From the NCBI GenBank assembly GCA_965218815.1, contig CBDCLX010000002.1, positions 217,074 through 281,073 on the forward strand: a stretch of DNA of 64,000 nucleotides, written 5' to 3'. Numbering within the stretch: the first letter of the stretch is position 1; every line of letters starts with the position of its first letter. Made by a program: the position numbers and the translations under genes. The notes beneath the pieces were generated by a model, which saw nothing but the letters and a program-made list of their open reading frames with translations, was not told the origin of the DNA and did no database searches. The stretch is from Bdellovibrionales bacterium. Its GTDB lineage: Bacteria; Bdellovibrionota; Bdellovibrionia; Bdellovibrionales; JAGQZY01. Positions 49,455 to 58,627 of the stretch are shown one piece after another.

Positions 49455-50055
49455 TAGTCTATCCTCCTGATGACAATTAAGAGAATGATATTTTATAATT
49501 AGTTTTTATTTTTTTCCATAATTTTACTGAATAACATTTGAATACATAACGCAATGAGTTAAAACTTCTATGTGGTGAAGGATAGCCCAGTGGGCTATCC
49601 GAAACAGAGTACACCGGGCTTGCCCGGGGGTGAATGAACCTTCCTGAATGCATTAGCATTCAGGTCAGCTCCACATGGAGCTGTAACAGTAAGGACCACG
49701 GGCTTGCCCGTGGGAATCTATTTCTATTTGTAGGGATTTATTACTTTACAAATGCTGAGATTCATTTTCTTAAACCCAATGATCCAGAAAACAAGTCACC
49801 CAAGTACATGAGCTACATTCCTTTTTGAGCTTAAATTACATTAAAAATGATTGTAAGAGCAGAGGGGCTATGCTCAATTTTTGGGTAGAATCACATGACC
49901 AGCAGCATATAAGATGTATTATTTTGAGGCACTTTGCCTTTCTGATACCGGTCTTCGGTCAATTGGTCATTCATCCACTTGCTTTCGGTAATCCGTGTCC
50001 GTTCAAACACTATAAGAAGCAGTTTATTGCGGTGCAATAGTCAATTCCTCAGATG

Positions 50056-50084
50056 TTGACTTTTAATTATTATAGTCATAAATT
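50056..50084 (+). promoter_or_regulatory. Putative CBASS operon promoter with overlapping palindrome
   Basis: TTGACT-N17-TAAATT, with TGACT-N12-AGTCA (50057-50078) overlapping the -35 box and spacer. Confidence 0.4.
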
Positions 50085-50438
50085 TTAAGATGATAATTTT
50101 TTATATAATCATAATATAATTACTGACTATTTATAAAAGAAAGGAAATATGGAATATACAGATCAACAACTAAAAAATTATGTAAACCGGATTAAACTCA
50201 CTCAGGAGAAAAAAGCGTTTTATACCGAGCAAATTGACAATCTAAAAGGCAATGTTTCCAAAGCTATAAATAGTATGAAAAACACTAAAGTCACAAGGGT
50301 AAGAAGGGCGGGATCATGGAAGAAAGGTACAGCCTTGGCACCAAAGGGAGACTACCCCCTTGATATAGATATGGTGTTTTACCTGGATATTGAAGAAAAT
50401 ATTTTGTTTGATGCTGAGGAGCTTCGAGAAGAACTTAT

Positions 50439-51944
50439 GCCTCTTCACCAGAATTTGTGAATGAGTGGAGGTTCAGGTAATCTTCCAAGGGAATGATATA
50501 AAGCTATTTTAATGGATTTGTACTCCCTAAAACCGTAAGATTTTCTCATAGTCAGTTTTACTTTGTTGTTTAAACCCTCTACAATCCCCGATGAAAATTG
50601 TTTTTTGGCCCTAAACCAATTGAGAATGAGATCCTTATGTCGTCGAATCATCTTGGCTTCATGTTTCAAAGGCTCTATCCGGGAACGCATGACTTTGGTT
50701 GTCCAGCGAGCCAGAAACTTATCCGCCCATGAGGGGGATAAATAATCCCAAAAGAATTGGAACTCTTCTTTTAGTAAATAGGCCCTGACGCTCCTGAGGT
50801 TGTATTGTAAAAGTTTCTTCAAACCAACCTCCTGTTTTTCTGTCAGATTCTCTGAGTGCTTTAATAAAAGCCACCTGGAGTTTGTTAACACAGGGTCATA
50901 TCCATCCGCTTTCATCTGACGATGCTCTCCCGCTCTCACTTTATCTATTGCTTTGTTAATCCGAGCAACGATATGAAAACGGTCCAGGATATGAGTGGCT
51001 TGAGACACTCGATCCTTTATAACCTTCAAATAAGGTTTCCACATATCTGAGCAAACGTATTCAATAAGTTGTGTTCTTCTTGTCCCCAGCATATCAAAGA
51101 ACTTTGAAAAAGTTTCCTCTGTCCGCTCTTTTCCAATCCAAAGTAAACGGACACATCCGGAGTTGATCTGATAAACTAAAGTTAGATATTTATGCCCCTT
51201 TTTCCACTGAATCTCATCAACTCCAATAGCCCTGACACTCTCTAAACAGCGATGGGAAAGGCCCCACTCAACGATAAACTCCACAGAGCGAAAAACCTTC
51301 CCCCAACTTGTTCTAAACCGAACTGACACCTCTTTCCATGACAGCACCTTGGCCCAATTTGCCAGAAATTGCATATAGACTTTGGTTAATTGGTTTTTTC
51401 CATCACTCCATGGAGTTTTTTCAACTTTAACTCCACACCAAGAGCAGTTGACTCGTCTCATTTTATAACAGAAGAACACGGGAATTCCCCAGATAGGAAT
51501 AAATTCAAATTTTCGTGCCTTCGGGGATGTATCATAAATAGAAGCCTCCTGATGGCATCCCGAACAAATGGGGATACCATTTTTTCGAGGGTGAATTTGA
51601 ACATGAATACAAGTTTCCCCGCCCTCGGTGAATAAAGTTATTCTCCCGTAAACAAAAGACTTGAATTTGTAACATTTATTTAGGATAGTCTTTACCAGCA
51701 TCTTTTCGCCCTTTTTTGGTTGTTGTTTTCTCAAATTATGATTTACTGGAATCTGGCGGGAGATGCTATTTCAATATGAATCTTAATGCACTAAAAATGT
51801 GATTCGTTGAGCGGGGATGCTCAACGAATTGGGGTGTGGGGCAGAGCCCCATATCAGCCAGGATGGCTGTCCTTATTTATTCCACGAAATGACATTTAGA
51901 AGTTAAAAAGGGCTTTTTTTATCCACATCTTCTGGTGAATATCC
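50439..51944 (-). mobile_element. ISL3-family insertion sequence (1506 bp), 8-bp TSD GAACTTAT
   Basis: TSD at 50431-50438 and 51945-51952. TIRs gcctcttcaccagaatttgtgaat versus ggatattcaccagaagatgtggat (18/24). Confidence 0.93.
50445..51734 (-). CDS. ISL3-family transposase (intact)
   Basis: Zn-finger CSGC..CSWC, IGVDE, VCSDMWKPY, LDRFHIV, SGIVEGLNNKVK...YGFR. Confidence 0.95.
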   Translation of the reverse strand: MRKQQPKKGEKMLVKTILNKCYKFKSFVYGRITLFTEGGETCIHVQIHPRKNGIPICSGCHQEASIYDTSPKARKFEFIPIWGIPVFFCYKMRRVNCSWCGVKVEKTPWSDGKNQLTKVYMQFLANWAKVLSWKEVSVRFRTSWGKVFRSVEFIVEWGLSHRCLESVRAIGVDEIQWKKGHKYLTLVYQINSGCVRLLWIGKERTEETFSKFFDMLGTRRTQLIEYVCSDMWKPYLKVIKDRVSQATHILDRFHIVARINKAIDKVRAGEHRQMKADGYDPVLTNSRWLLLKHSENLTEKQEVGLKKLLQYNLRSVRAYLLKEEFQFFWDYLSPSWADKFLARWTTKVMRSRIEPLKHEAKMIRRHKDLILNWFRAKKQFSSGIVEGLNNKVKLTMRKSYGFREYKSIKIALYHSLGRLPEPPLIHKFW

Positions 51945-52610
51945 GAACTTATTAAAGCATTATGTAAGGCTTATCCTAATAAGGAAAAATCAGACTTTTC
52001 TGATGGTCAAAAAACTATTGGTATTGTTTTCAAAGGCTCTGGTCTTGAAGTTGATATAGTGCCATTTATTCCAGAAAAAGGAAATACAACTTATGGCAGG
52101 CAACCTCGAAAAAAAATAAATTCAGGGGAATTCAAAACCAGTGTTGATAAGCAGTTGGATTTTATAAATAAAATAAAAAATAATTGTTCCAATTTTACTT
52201 CTATTGTTCGTATTTTAAAAAGCTGGAGAAATTATAAAGAATTGGAGTTGTCTTCTTTTTCTATTGAGTTAATAGTAGCCCATTTGGTTGAAATCGGTAG
52301 GGTGTCTAATGATCCAATAAATCAGGTAATTATTACTTTTTTTGAATTTTTAGGCAACGGTTACCCGGTTAAAGTATATTTTTCAGGTGCTATCGGGTCA
52401 CAAACAGAAAATGCCCCTTGGGTGGCTGATCCAACAAATAATGAAAATAATACAATTAATATGTCTAATGATGAATGGGACGAAGTTGTAAAAGTGGCTG
52501 AACAAAGTTTTGAAACTCTTTCTTATGGAAAAATTGTTCAGGAAAATGGAAAAACATTGGATTTATGGAAAGAAATTTTTGGACCAGGTTTCAACATTCA
52601 GGAGTGATGT

Positions 52611-53099
52611 ATGGTAAATACCTCTACACAAACATATACCAAAACAGACATTCGTAAGGTTTTTGAAAACTTTCAAGCAGACTTACTAATGCTTGCTTTA
52701 AGAACGCAGGCAATGGAAAAATATCTTGTAAATGATTATGCACACGATATTCTTTTAATGACTAAGAATGGGTGTCTGAAATATATTCATATACAGTTGT
52801 ACAACTATTATGGACAACTGATAAAGGTTCATAAATACTCTGTAACAGAAAATTCATCATCAGCTTCTCAAAGACCGGGAGAAAACAAATGGCCATGTTT
52901 ACCTAATGGTGAACTATGTATAATAGTCGAACCTTCTTGTCATCAAAAACTTGAGGAACTTAAACAATCAGGACAACTAGAGATAAGTTGGGGACCTTCA
53001 TTTTTGTCAACTGATTACTCTGGAATGCGAAATGAAAATGTCAGATTCTATTCAAGCAATAATTATGGGTTACAACGTAATACTTTTGTAAACTTATAG
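52611..53099 (+). CDS. Bacterial HORMA-domain protein (Cap7-like)
   Basis: 162 aa between a CD-NTase and a TRIP13 ATPase. N-terminal TQTYT..., C-terminal YSSNNYGLQRNTF. Confidence 0.8.
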   Translation: MVNTSTQTYTKTDIRKVFENFQADLLMLALRTQAMEKYLVNDYAHDILLMTKNGCLKYIHIQLYNYYGQLIKVHKYSVTENSSSASQRPGENKWPCLPNGELCIIVEPSCHQKLEELKQSGQLEISWGPSFLSTDYSGMRNENVRFYSSNNYGLQRNTFVNL

Positions 53100-53103
53100 G
53101 AAC

Positions 53104-54000
53104 GTGATAATGTCACAAAATGCCTTTGATACGCAGAAAGAGCTACCGTCATCTGAATTGGAAAATATTTCTAAAACACTTATTGGTTTTGAAAGTCACT
53201 ACAAAGCATTAAGAAACCATTTAACGGTCATACTAATGCCTGACCATGTAAATAAGTGGAGTAAGAAACACCATAAACAGGTCCTACCATTATGTAAAAT
53301 AATCCAACATAGGTATCCACTTTTTCTTTTTAGTGGAGATGTTGGGACAGGGAAAACTGTTACGGCTGAATGTGTGGCAAACAGATTAACAAGTGATATG
53401 AGAAGAGATGGCTTTTTATTTAAGTTAAGTACAAGAGTAAGAGGTAAAGGGTTGCATGGAGAAATGAGTCAATTAATTCAAAATGCTTTTGAAAACTTAA
53501 CAGTTCAGGCAGGGAAAAAACGTCTGGTATTTTTATTAATAGACGAGGCAGATTCTATTGCATCACTTCGATCTACTGAACAAATGCATCAAGAAGAAAA
53601 GGCTGCTGTAAATACACTAATACAAAAAATTGACGAAATTCGCCAAGTAGGTGGTCGAGCAGTCGTATTTCTTTGCACCAACCGAGTGAGTGTCATAGAT
53701 CAAGCCATTGTTAGGCGTGCTGCATTACACATAGAATTTCCTCGACCTGATAAAAAACAATGTTTGGAATTATTGAAACATGACCTTCAAGGAATAAATT
53801 TAAGAGAAGAAGATCTAAATAAATTGGCATCTATGACTTCAAATGGTGGGTACTATAAAGATAATGGTTATACTTTTTCGGATTTTCGTTTACGATTTCT
53901 TCCAGAAGCTATTGCACGAGCTTTCCCAAATAAGGCTTTAACTTTCGATATTTTAAAAGAAACCGTATTAGCTGTAAAACCAAGTCCAAGGATCATTTGA
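53104..54000 (+). CDS. TRIP13/Pch2-like AAA+ ATPase (Cap6-like)
   Basis: SGDVGTGKT, VRGKGLHGEMS, LLIDEADSIAS.R...QMHQEEKAAVNTLIQ, CTNR...DQAIVRRA. Confidence 0.9.
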   Translation: MIMSQNAFDTQKELPSSELENISKTLIGFESHYKALRNHLTVILMPDHVNKWSKKHHKQVLPLCKIIQHRYPLFLFSGDVGTGKTVTAECVANRLTSDMRRDGFLFKLSTRVRGKGLHGEMSQLIQNAFENLTVQAGKKRLVFLLIDEADSIASLRSTEQMHQEEKAAVNTLIQKIDEIRQVGGRAVVFLCTNRVSVIDQAIVRRAALHIEFPRPDKKQCLELLKHDLQGINLREEDLNKLASMTSNGGYYKDNGYTFSDFRLRFLPEAIARAFPNKALTFDILKETVLAVKPSPRII

Positions 54001-54560
54001 TGCAAATCAGTAACTCTCAATTAAATAATCAAGAAATTTTCAAAAAATTGATAAAAAAATCTGAACTATGCCGGTATTGTCATTCGGAGCTAAAAGAACA
54101 ATATGTTGAGTCCAGAAACTGGAAGGAGTTTCTTATTCTTGTATTATCTGTATTTTTGATCGCTTTAGTCAATTTGTATTATAGAAAAGTATTGGACGGG
54201 GAATATATATTATTATTAATCTGGATTTTGCCTCTTGCCACAACTATAATACAAGGTTTAGACCATATTGTATTTAAGTGGACATATAAAATTGCAAAAC
54301 ATGAGTCAGCAGTAGCAATTTGGGGGAACTGGATTAGAGAAGCTGATTTTCTTGAGAAACAAATTCCTCATCATGAGAACTCTACAATAATTAATGAAAA
54401 AATGAAGAACATACAGGAAAGATATAATATATGTATGTCCAATACAGAACAAATTCCAAACAATAAATTTTTAGAGTACAAAAAGAAATTCAAAATACAT
54501 ATTTTGAAATCCAGAGAAATTGATGATCTTTCCTTGGAAGATATAAATGGAAAAAAGTGA
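53997..54560 (+). CDS. Two-TM (SLATT-like) CBASS effector candidate
   Basis: Two hydrophobic helices followed by KHESA..W and a helical tail. It overlaps the ATPase stop. Confidence 0.65.
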   Translation: MMQISNSQLNNQEIFKKLIKKSELCRYCHSELKEQYVESRNWKEFLILVLSVFLIALVNLYYRKVLDGEYILLLIWILPLATTIIQGLDHIVFKWTYKIAKHESAVAIWGNWIREADFLEKQIPHHENSTIINEKMKNIQERYNICMSNTEQIPNNKFLEYKKKFKIHILKSREIDDLSLEDINGKK

Positions 54561-55362
54561 GGATCTAACAACATCACAAAAAGAAAAATTAGAGTTTATA
54601 GAACTTCTCGCTTATTTTTATGGGATTGTGAATCGGGATGACATTATAAAAAGATTTGGTGTATCTTCAGCATTAGCTACAAATGTCTTATCTAAATACA
54701 ATCAAATGGCCCCCAAAAATCTTGATTATAATATACACCTCAAAAGCTATGAAATCAGTAAATCTTTCAAACCTATTTTCAGTGTTCGTATGTTACTTGA
54801 ACGTATTCCCGTATATACTGTACCTCCATTACATGGGAAAATTAAAGATGATGAGATTGATAGAATTGCCATAATATCAAGAGCCATTCAAAGAGTAAAT
54901 TCACTAAGAATTACTTATTCTTCTATGTCCAGTGGGACAGGAACACGACAAATTATTCCTGTGGCTTTTGCTAACACTCAACTTAGATGGCATTTGCGGG
55001 CTTATGATAAGAGAAAAAAACGATATGCTGATTTTGTCTTCAGAAGAATCTCAAAAGTAAAATTAATTGAAGATGACACTATAAAAGAACATGAACATCC
55101 TAATAACGATAAACAGTGGCATTCGTTTATCAACTTAAAGATAAAAGCACATCCACACAATGTAACAGATATTAACGCTATAAATAATAATCATGATATT
55201 AGAATCCGTGCAGCTATGGCTGGGTACTTTCTTCAACTTTGGAATGTTGATTGCTCATCAGACAGAAGTTTAAGAGGCCCAGAGTATCAATATTTTTTAG
55301 AAAATCTGGATGAAATTACTAAATTAACTGATTTAGAATTAGCTCCAGGATATGGAAAATAA
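54547..55362 (+). CDS. wHTH-WYL-WCX transcriptional regulator (CapW/BrxR-like)
   Basis: LEFIE...G.VNRDDI..RFGVS...Y...AP.NL.Y, ITYSSMSSG...R.I.P, RWHLRAYD, DF..RRI, IRAAMAGYFLQ.WNVDCS. Confidence 0.88.
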   Translation: MEKSEDLTTSQKEKLEFIELLAYFYGIVNRDDIIKRFGVSSALATNVLSKYNQMAPKNLDYNIHLKSYEISKSFKPIFSVRMLLERIPVYTVPPLHGKIKDDEIDRIAIISRAIQRVNSLRITYSSMSSGTGTRQIIPVAFANTQLRWHLRAYDKRKKRYADFVFRRISKVKLIEDDTIKEHEHPNNDKQWHSFINLKIKAHPHNVTDINAINNNHDIRIRAAMAGYFLQLWNVDCSSDRSLRGPEYQYFLENLDEITKLTDLELAPGYGK

Positions 55363-55555
55363 AATCATTCAAGTTTGGTTACGATGGTTAGAAGTGAAGT
55401 GAGGCTATTGCTCGGTAGATTAATTTATGCAGTCATTTTAGATTCTTTTGAATAGTGAATCCAATTTGTAATTGTTGTTCTCACTAATCAAGAAATCTTT
55501 GTAAATCCAAATAATATTGATATAATGTCTTATTAAGATTGGAGTAAACTTTCAA

Positions 55556-58500
55556 ATGTTTCAAGCTATTCCTGAAGGCCCTGATATTCCTGAAAAAATT
55601 CAACTTGATCTTGAAGATAATAATTTGGTTTTATTCTGCGGAGCCGGTATTTCCAAAAATAACGGACTGCCCTTGTTTAGTGAATTGGTTAAAAAAGCCT
55701 GTAAGGAGTTGAAAATAAAAGTAGATGAACAACCTCTTTTAAAAGAACTTTGGGATAAAGAAAATTATGACAGCATCTTGGACTTGGTTGAAGGTCAGGA
55801 TGATCTTTTGGGTTCACCGGAAACTTTAAGGAAAAAAGTCATTGATATTTTAAACGATTATCAAGGTGAACCTGAAATTCATAAAGCTCTTTTGGATTTA
55901 TCTGCCTTACCAGGCGGCGGGGGTCATCGACTGGTCACAACAAATTTTGACAGGCTCTTTTTTAAAGCCGGTCTTAACCCTCAATTATCGGACCAAGCTC
56001 CAAGGCTTGCCCCTCCAGGAAAAGAAACTTGGAGTCATTTGACTTTCTTACATGGTGTGATTGATGAGCAAAGAGACCCGGCAGGGAAAAATCTTGTTCT
56101 TACAAAAAAAGACTTTGGAAAGGCATATCTGAACGATGGTTGGGCCTCTGATTTTATCATTCAGCTTTTTCAGGATTTTACCGTCTTGTTTATCGGATAT
56201 GGTATGAATGATCCCATAATAAACTATCTTGTATCAGCTATGAAAGACAAACAAAAAGGAAAGGATCAAAGTGAAAGAAAGCCTTCCATATACGCTTTTT
56301 CCAGATACGGGGAAAACCAGTTGGAGGAAGTAAAAAACAAATGGAAATTCATAGGGATTGAACCCATACCTTATAAATTAAAAGAAAATGACGATCACTC
56401 TCTTTTGTATAGCACTATAAAAGAATGGTCCTCTTTAAAAACTTTAATGGGTAAAAAGCGATGGTTGAAGAAGAGGATTAAACACAGGGATCCAGACAAA
56501 GAAAACGGACAATCCGTTGCCTTTCTTTTGAAATCAGATGAAAATCTTGCAAAGTTTTTTTCAGAAAGAGATCCACCTGTTGATATAAGCTGGTTAAAAC
56601 CACTTTCTGAAAATGGCTTATTGGACAAATTCATAAAACCATCTTGGCAAAGTTCCGTTTTTGAAAAAATTCCTTTATGGGAACCTTTATCCAATTCAGA
56701 TTCACAATTGTATTCACATATAGCAACTTGGTTTTGTAAACATCTGGATAAAAGAGAACTCATTCACTGGGTGATAGATCATGATTGTTTTCTACACCCT
56801 TTATTAAAGAGGCGTATTCAATGGAAAATGGAAAACAAACAACCCAATGAACAGTCATTGAAATTGGATGAAGAAAAATCATTGTTTTGGAAAAATGTGG
56901 CAAGTATCAGTTACAATCCTCAAAAAATAAATCGTATTACAATAACCAATTTGATAGAAAAATTAAATGAAAAATATTCTTCCATCAAAGTCCATGAGTT
57001 ATTACAATGTCTGGACCTTTTTATTGCTTTTGAAAAATATCCTGGTCCGTTGGAGGAAATCTATAAAGAGTCCACTCCTGGGCCTAAAGACAATCCAGAA
57101 TCCAAAATTTACGAAACAAAATTAAAAGCCAGATACGACGATTGGCCGGATAAAATATCCAATGAAGAAATACTTTTGCTTCATGCCGAGGATTTTACGG
57201 ATTTATTAAAAAGAGCTATGGAAAAAGCCCCGGCTTTTAAAATGGTTGAAGGTCACAGAGGTTCTCTTTATATTACCAGGCCATCCATTGCGGATCATGA
57301 AAGAAACGATTTTTATAAGCATGACAACGAGTGGACCTACATTATCAATCTGGCAAGAGACAGCTTTGATCTTGTCATGAAAGAGGATAAATCCCTGGCC
57401 CGACTTTTACTGGAAAAGTGGAGACTTTATTCTTACCCCATATTTTATCGACTGATTCTTTACGCTATCACCAAGTACCCTGATTTAAATGAAAACATGG
57501 CCATTGATCTGCTCAAGAATCAAGACAACCATGTTTTGTGGTCATCATTTTGTGGAAGAGAAGTTTTGGAATATTTAAGAAAAAGAAAACACTCAGAGAA
57601 GAGCATTGAAACTCTTCTCAATTTGATAATGGAAGGACCACTAAGAAATATTGATGAAAAGATATTTAAAAATTTCAAAGACCAGTGTATCTATCAAAGA
57701 CTTCGCTGTTTCAGAGAAAACAAAAATATAACCATAACATTTTCTGAAAAAATAGAAAAATATTATAAAACCCTGAATGATATTTACGAAGAGTGTATGA
57801 ATGATCCTCAGAGTGATTTTCCTACCCGTCATTATTCTGGTTCAGATATTCCAGGAAGTTTAGAACCAGAGTTTTATGTTAATAAACCAATCGAATATAT
57901 TGTTAATCATATTAAAAATTCAGGAGAAAATGAACTCTTTCCTGAATACTTTGAAAGACAAAAAATAGGGTGTTTTTTGACGTTAAGTAAAAAAGAAATA
58001 GGTAAAGCCTTTGAAGTTCTTTTAAAACTTTCAAATGAGGATTTATTAAGTACCCCTTACTGGGGTGCCTTTTTGAATGAAATAACATTTGGGACACAAG
58101 ATAAAGAAAATAACAACTATTTTTTCAAAACCATAAATAGAATAGAAAACTGTAGTGATGAATTTATTAAAAAATCTTCATTTTTAGACATATTCAATTC
58201 AAGAGGCTATTTAATATATGGTAAAGATGAGGATAAGTTTAAAAAGTGGTGGAACAATCTTAGAGATTTATATATCTCCCCTCTTGCGGAAAATGAAAAA
58301 TCCGAATATCAGTCTTTTCACGAAGATTATCATTCATGTTTTGGAAAATTAACAAAAGCTGTTTTTTATGTTCTATGGAGACATTATTTTCCTCATACTC
58401 CTGACGAAACATCTATTGACATTCCAGAAACAATGAAAGACAGATTGTCAGAACCTTGGGGTTTCAAATTTGAAAAAGATGAAAAAATACCCCAACCAGT

Positions 58501-58627
58501 AAAGGAGTATTTTGAAATCCTTCTTAAAAAGGATATAAAGCTAATGAAAAGGCTTGTAACACATTATGCCGATCGTGTCAAGTGCGTACAATTTCAGGAC
58601 CGACTGGAAAATTCTAAATCATTATAA
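55556..58627 (+). CDS. Large SIR2-domain anti-phage NADase (Dsr1-like), C-terminus replaced by repeat sequence after 58540
   Basis: LVLFCGAGIS, VTTNFD, FLHG, TVLFIGYGMNDP, then a long helical region. The last 29 codons come from the 1509-bp repeat. Confidence 0.82.
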   Translation: MFQAIPEGPDIPEKIQLDLEDNNLVLFCGAGISKNNGLPLFSELVKKACKELKIKVDEQPLLKELWDKENYDSILDLVEGQDDLLGSPETLRKKVIDILNDYQGEPEIHKALLDLSALPGGGGHRLVTTNFDRLFFKAGLNPQLSDQAPRLAPPGKETWSHLTFLHGVIDEQRDPAGKNLVLTKKDFGKAYLNDGWASDFIIQLFQDFTVLFIGYGMNDPIINYLVSAMKDKQKGKDQSERKPSIYAFSRYGENQLEEVKNKWKFIGIEPIPYKLKENDDHSLLYSTIKEWSSLKTLMGKKRWLKKRIKHRDPDKENGQSVAFLLKSDENLAKFFSERDPPVDISWLKPLSENGLLDKFIKPSWQSSVFEKIPLWEPLSNSDSQLYSHIATWFCKHLDKRELIHWVIDHDCFLHPLLKRRIQWKMENKQPNEQSLKLDEEKSLFWKNVASISYNPQKINRITITNLIEKLNEKYSSIKVHELLQCLDLFIAFEKYPGPLEEIYKESTPGPKDNPESKIYETKLKARYDDWPDKISNEEILLLHAEDFTDLLKRAMEKAPAFKMVEGHRGSLYITRPSIADHERNDFYKHDNEWTYIINLARDSFDLVMKEDKSLARLLLEKWRLYSYPIFYRLILYAITKYPDLNENMAIDLLKNQDNHVLWSSFCGREVLEYLRKRKHSEKSIETLLNLIMEGPLRNIDEKIFKNFKDQCIYQRLRCFRENKNITITFSEKIEKYYKTLNDIYEECMNDPQSDFPTRHYSGSDIPGSLEPEFYVNKPIEYIVNHIKNSGENELFPEYFERQKIGCFLTLSKKEIGKAFEVLLKLSNEDLLSTPYWGAFLNEITFGTQDKENNNYFFKTINRIENCSDEFIKKSSFLDIFNSRGYLIYGKDEDKFKKWWNNLRDLYISPLAENEKSEYQSFHEDYHSCFGKLTKAVFYVLWRHYFPHTPDETSIDIPETMKDRLSEPWGFKFEKDEKIPQPVKEYFEILLKKDIKLMKRLVTHYADRVKCVQFQDRLENSKSL

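Larger units (their letters stand above)
50149..52607 (+). pseudogene. CBASS cyclic oligonucleotide synthase (CD-NTase), split by ISL3
   Basis: N-part GSWKKGT...DIDMV; C-part LEVDIVP, VRILKSWR, SSFSIELIV, VADPTNNENN. Removing the IS and one TSD restores a continuous 314-aa frame (…EELIKALCKAYP…). Confidence 0.9.

Noticed and set aside
49825-50040. Small ORFs between the RM and CBASS operons
   Set aside because: They have no recognisable motifs and no SD. No TnpA or TnpB remnant could be read in any frame.
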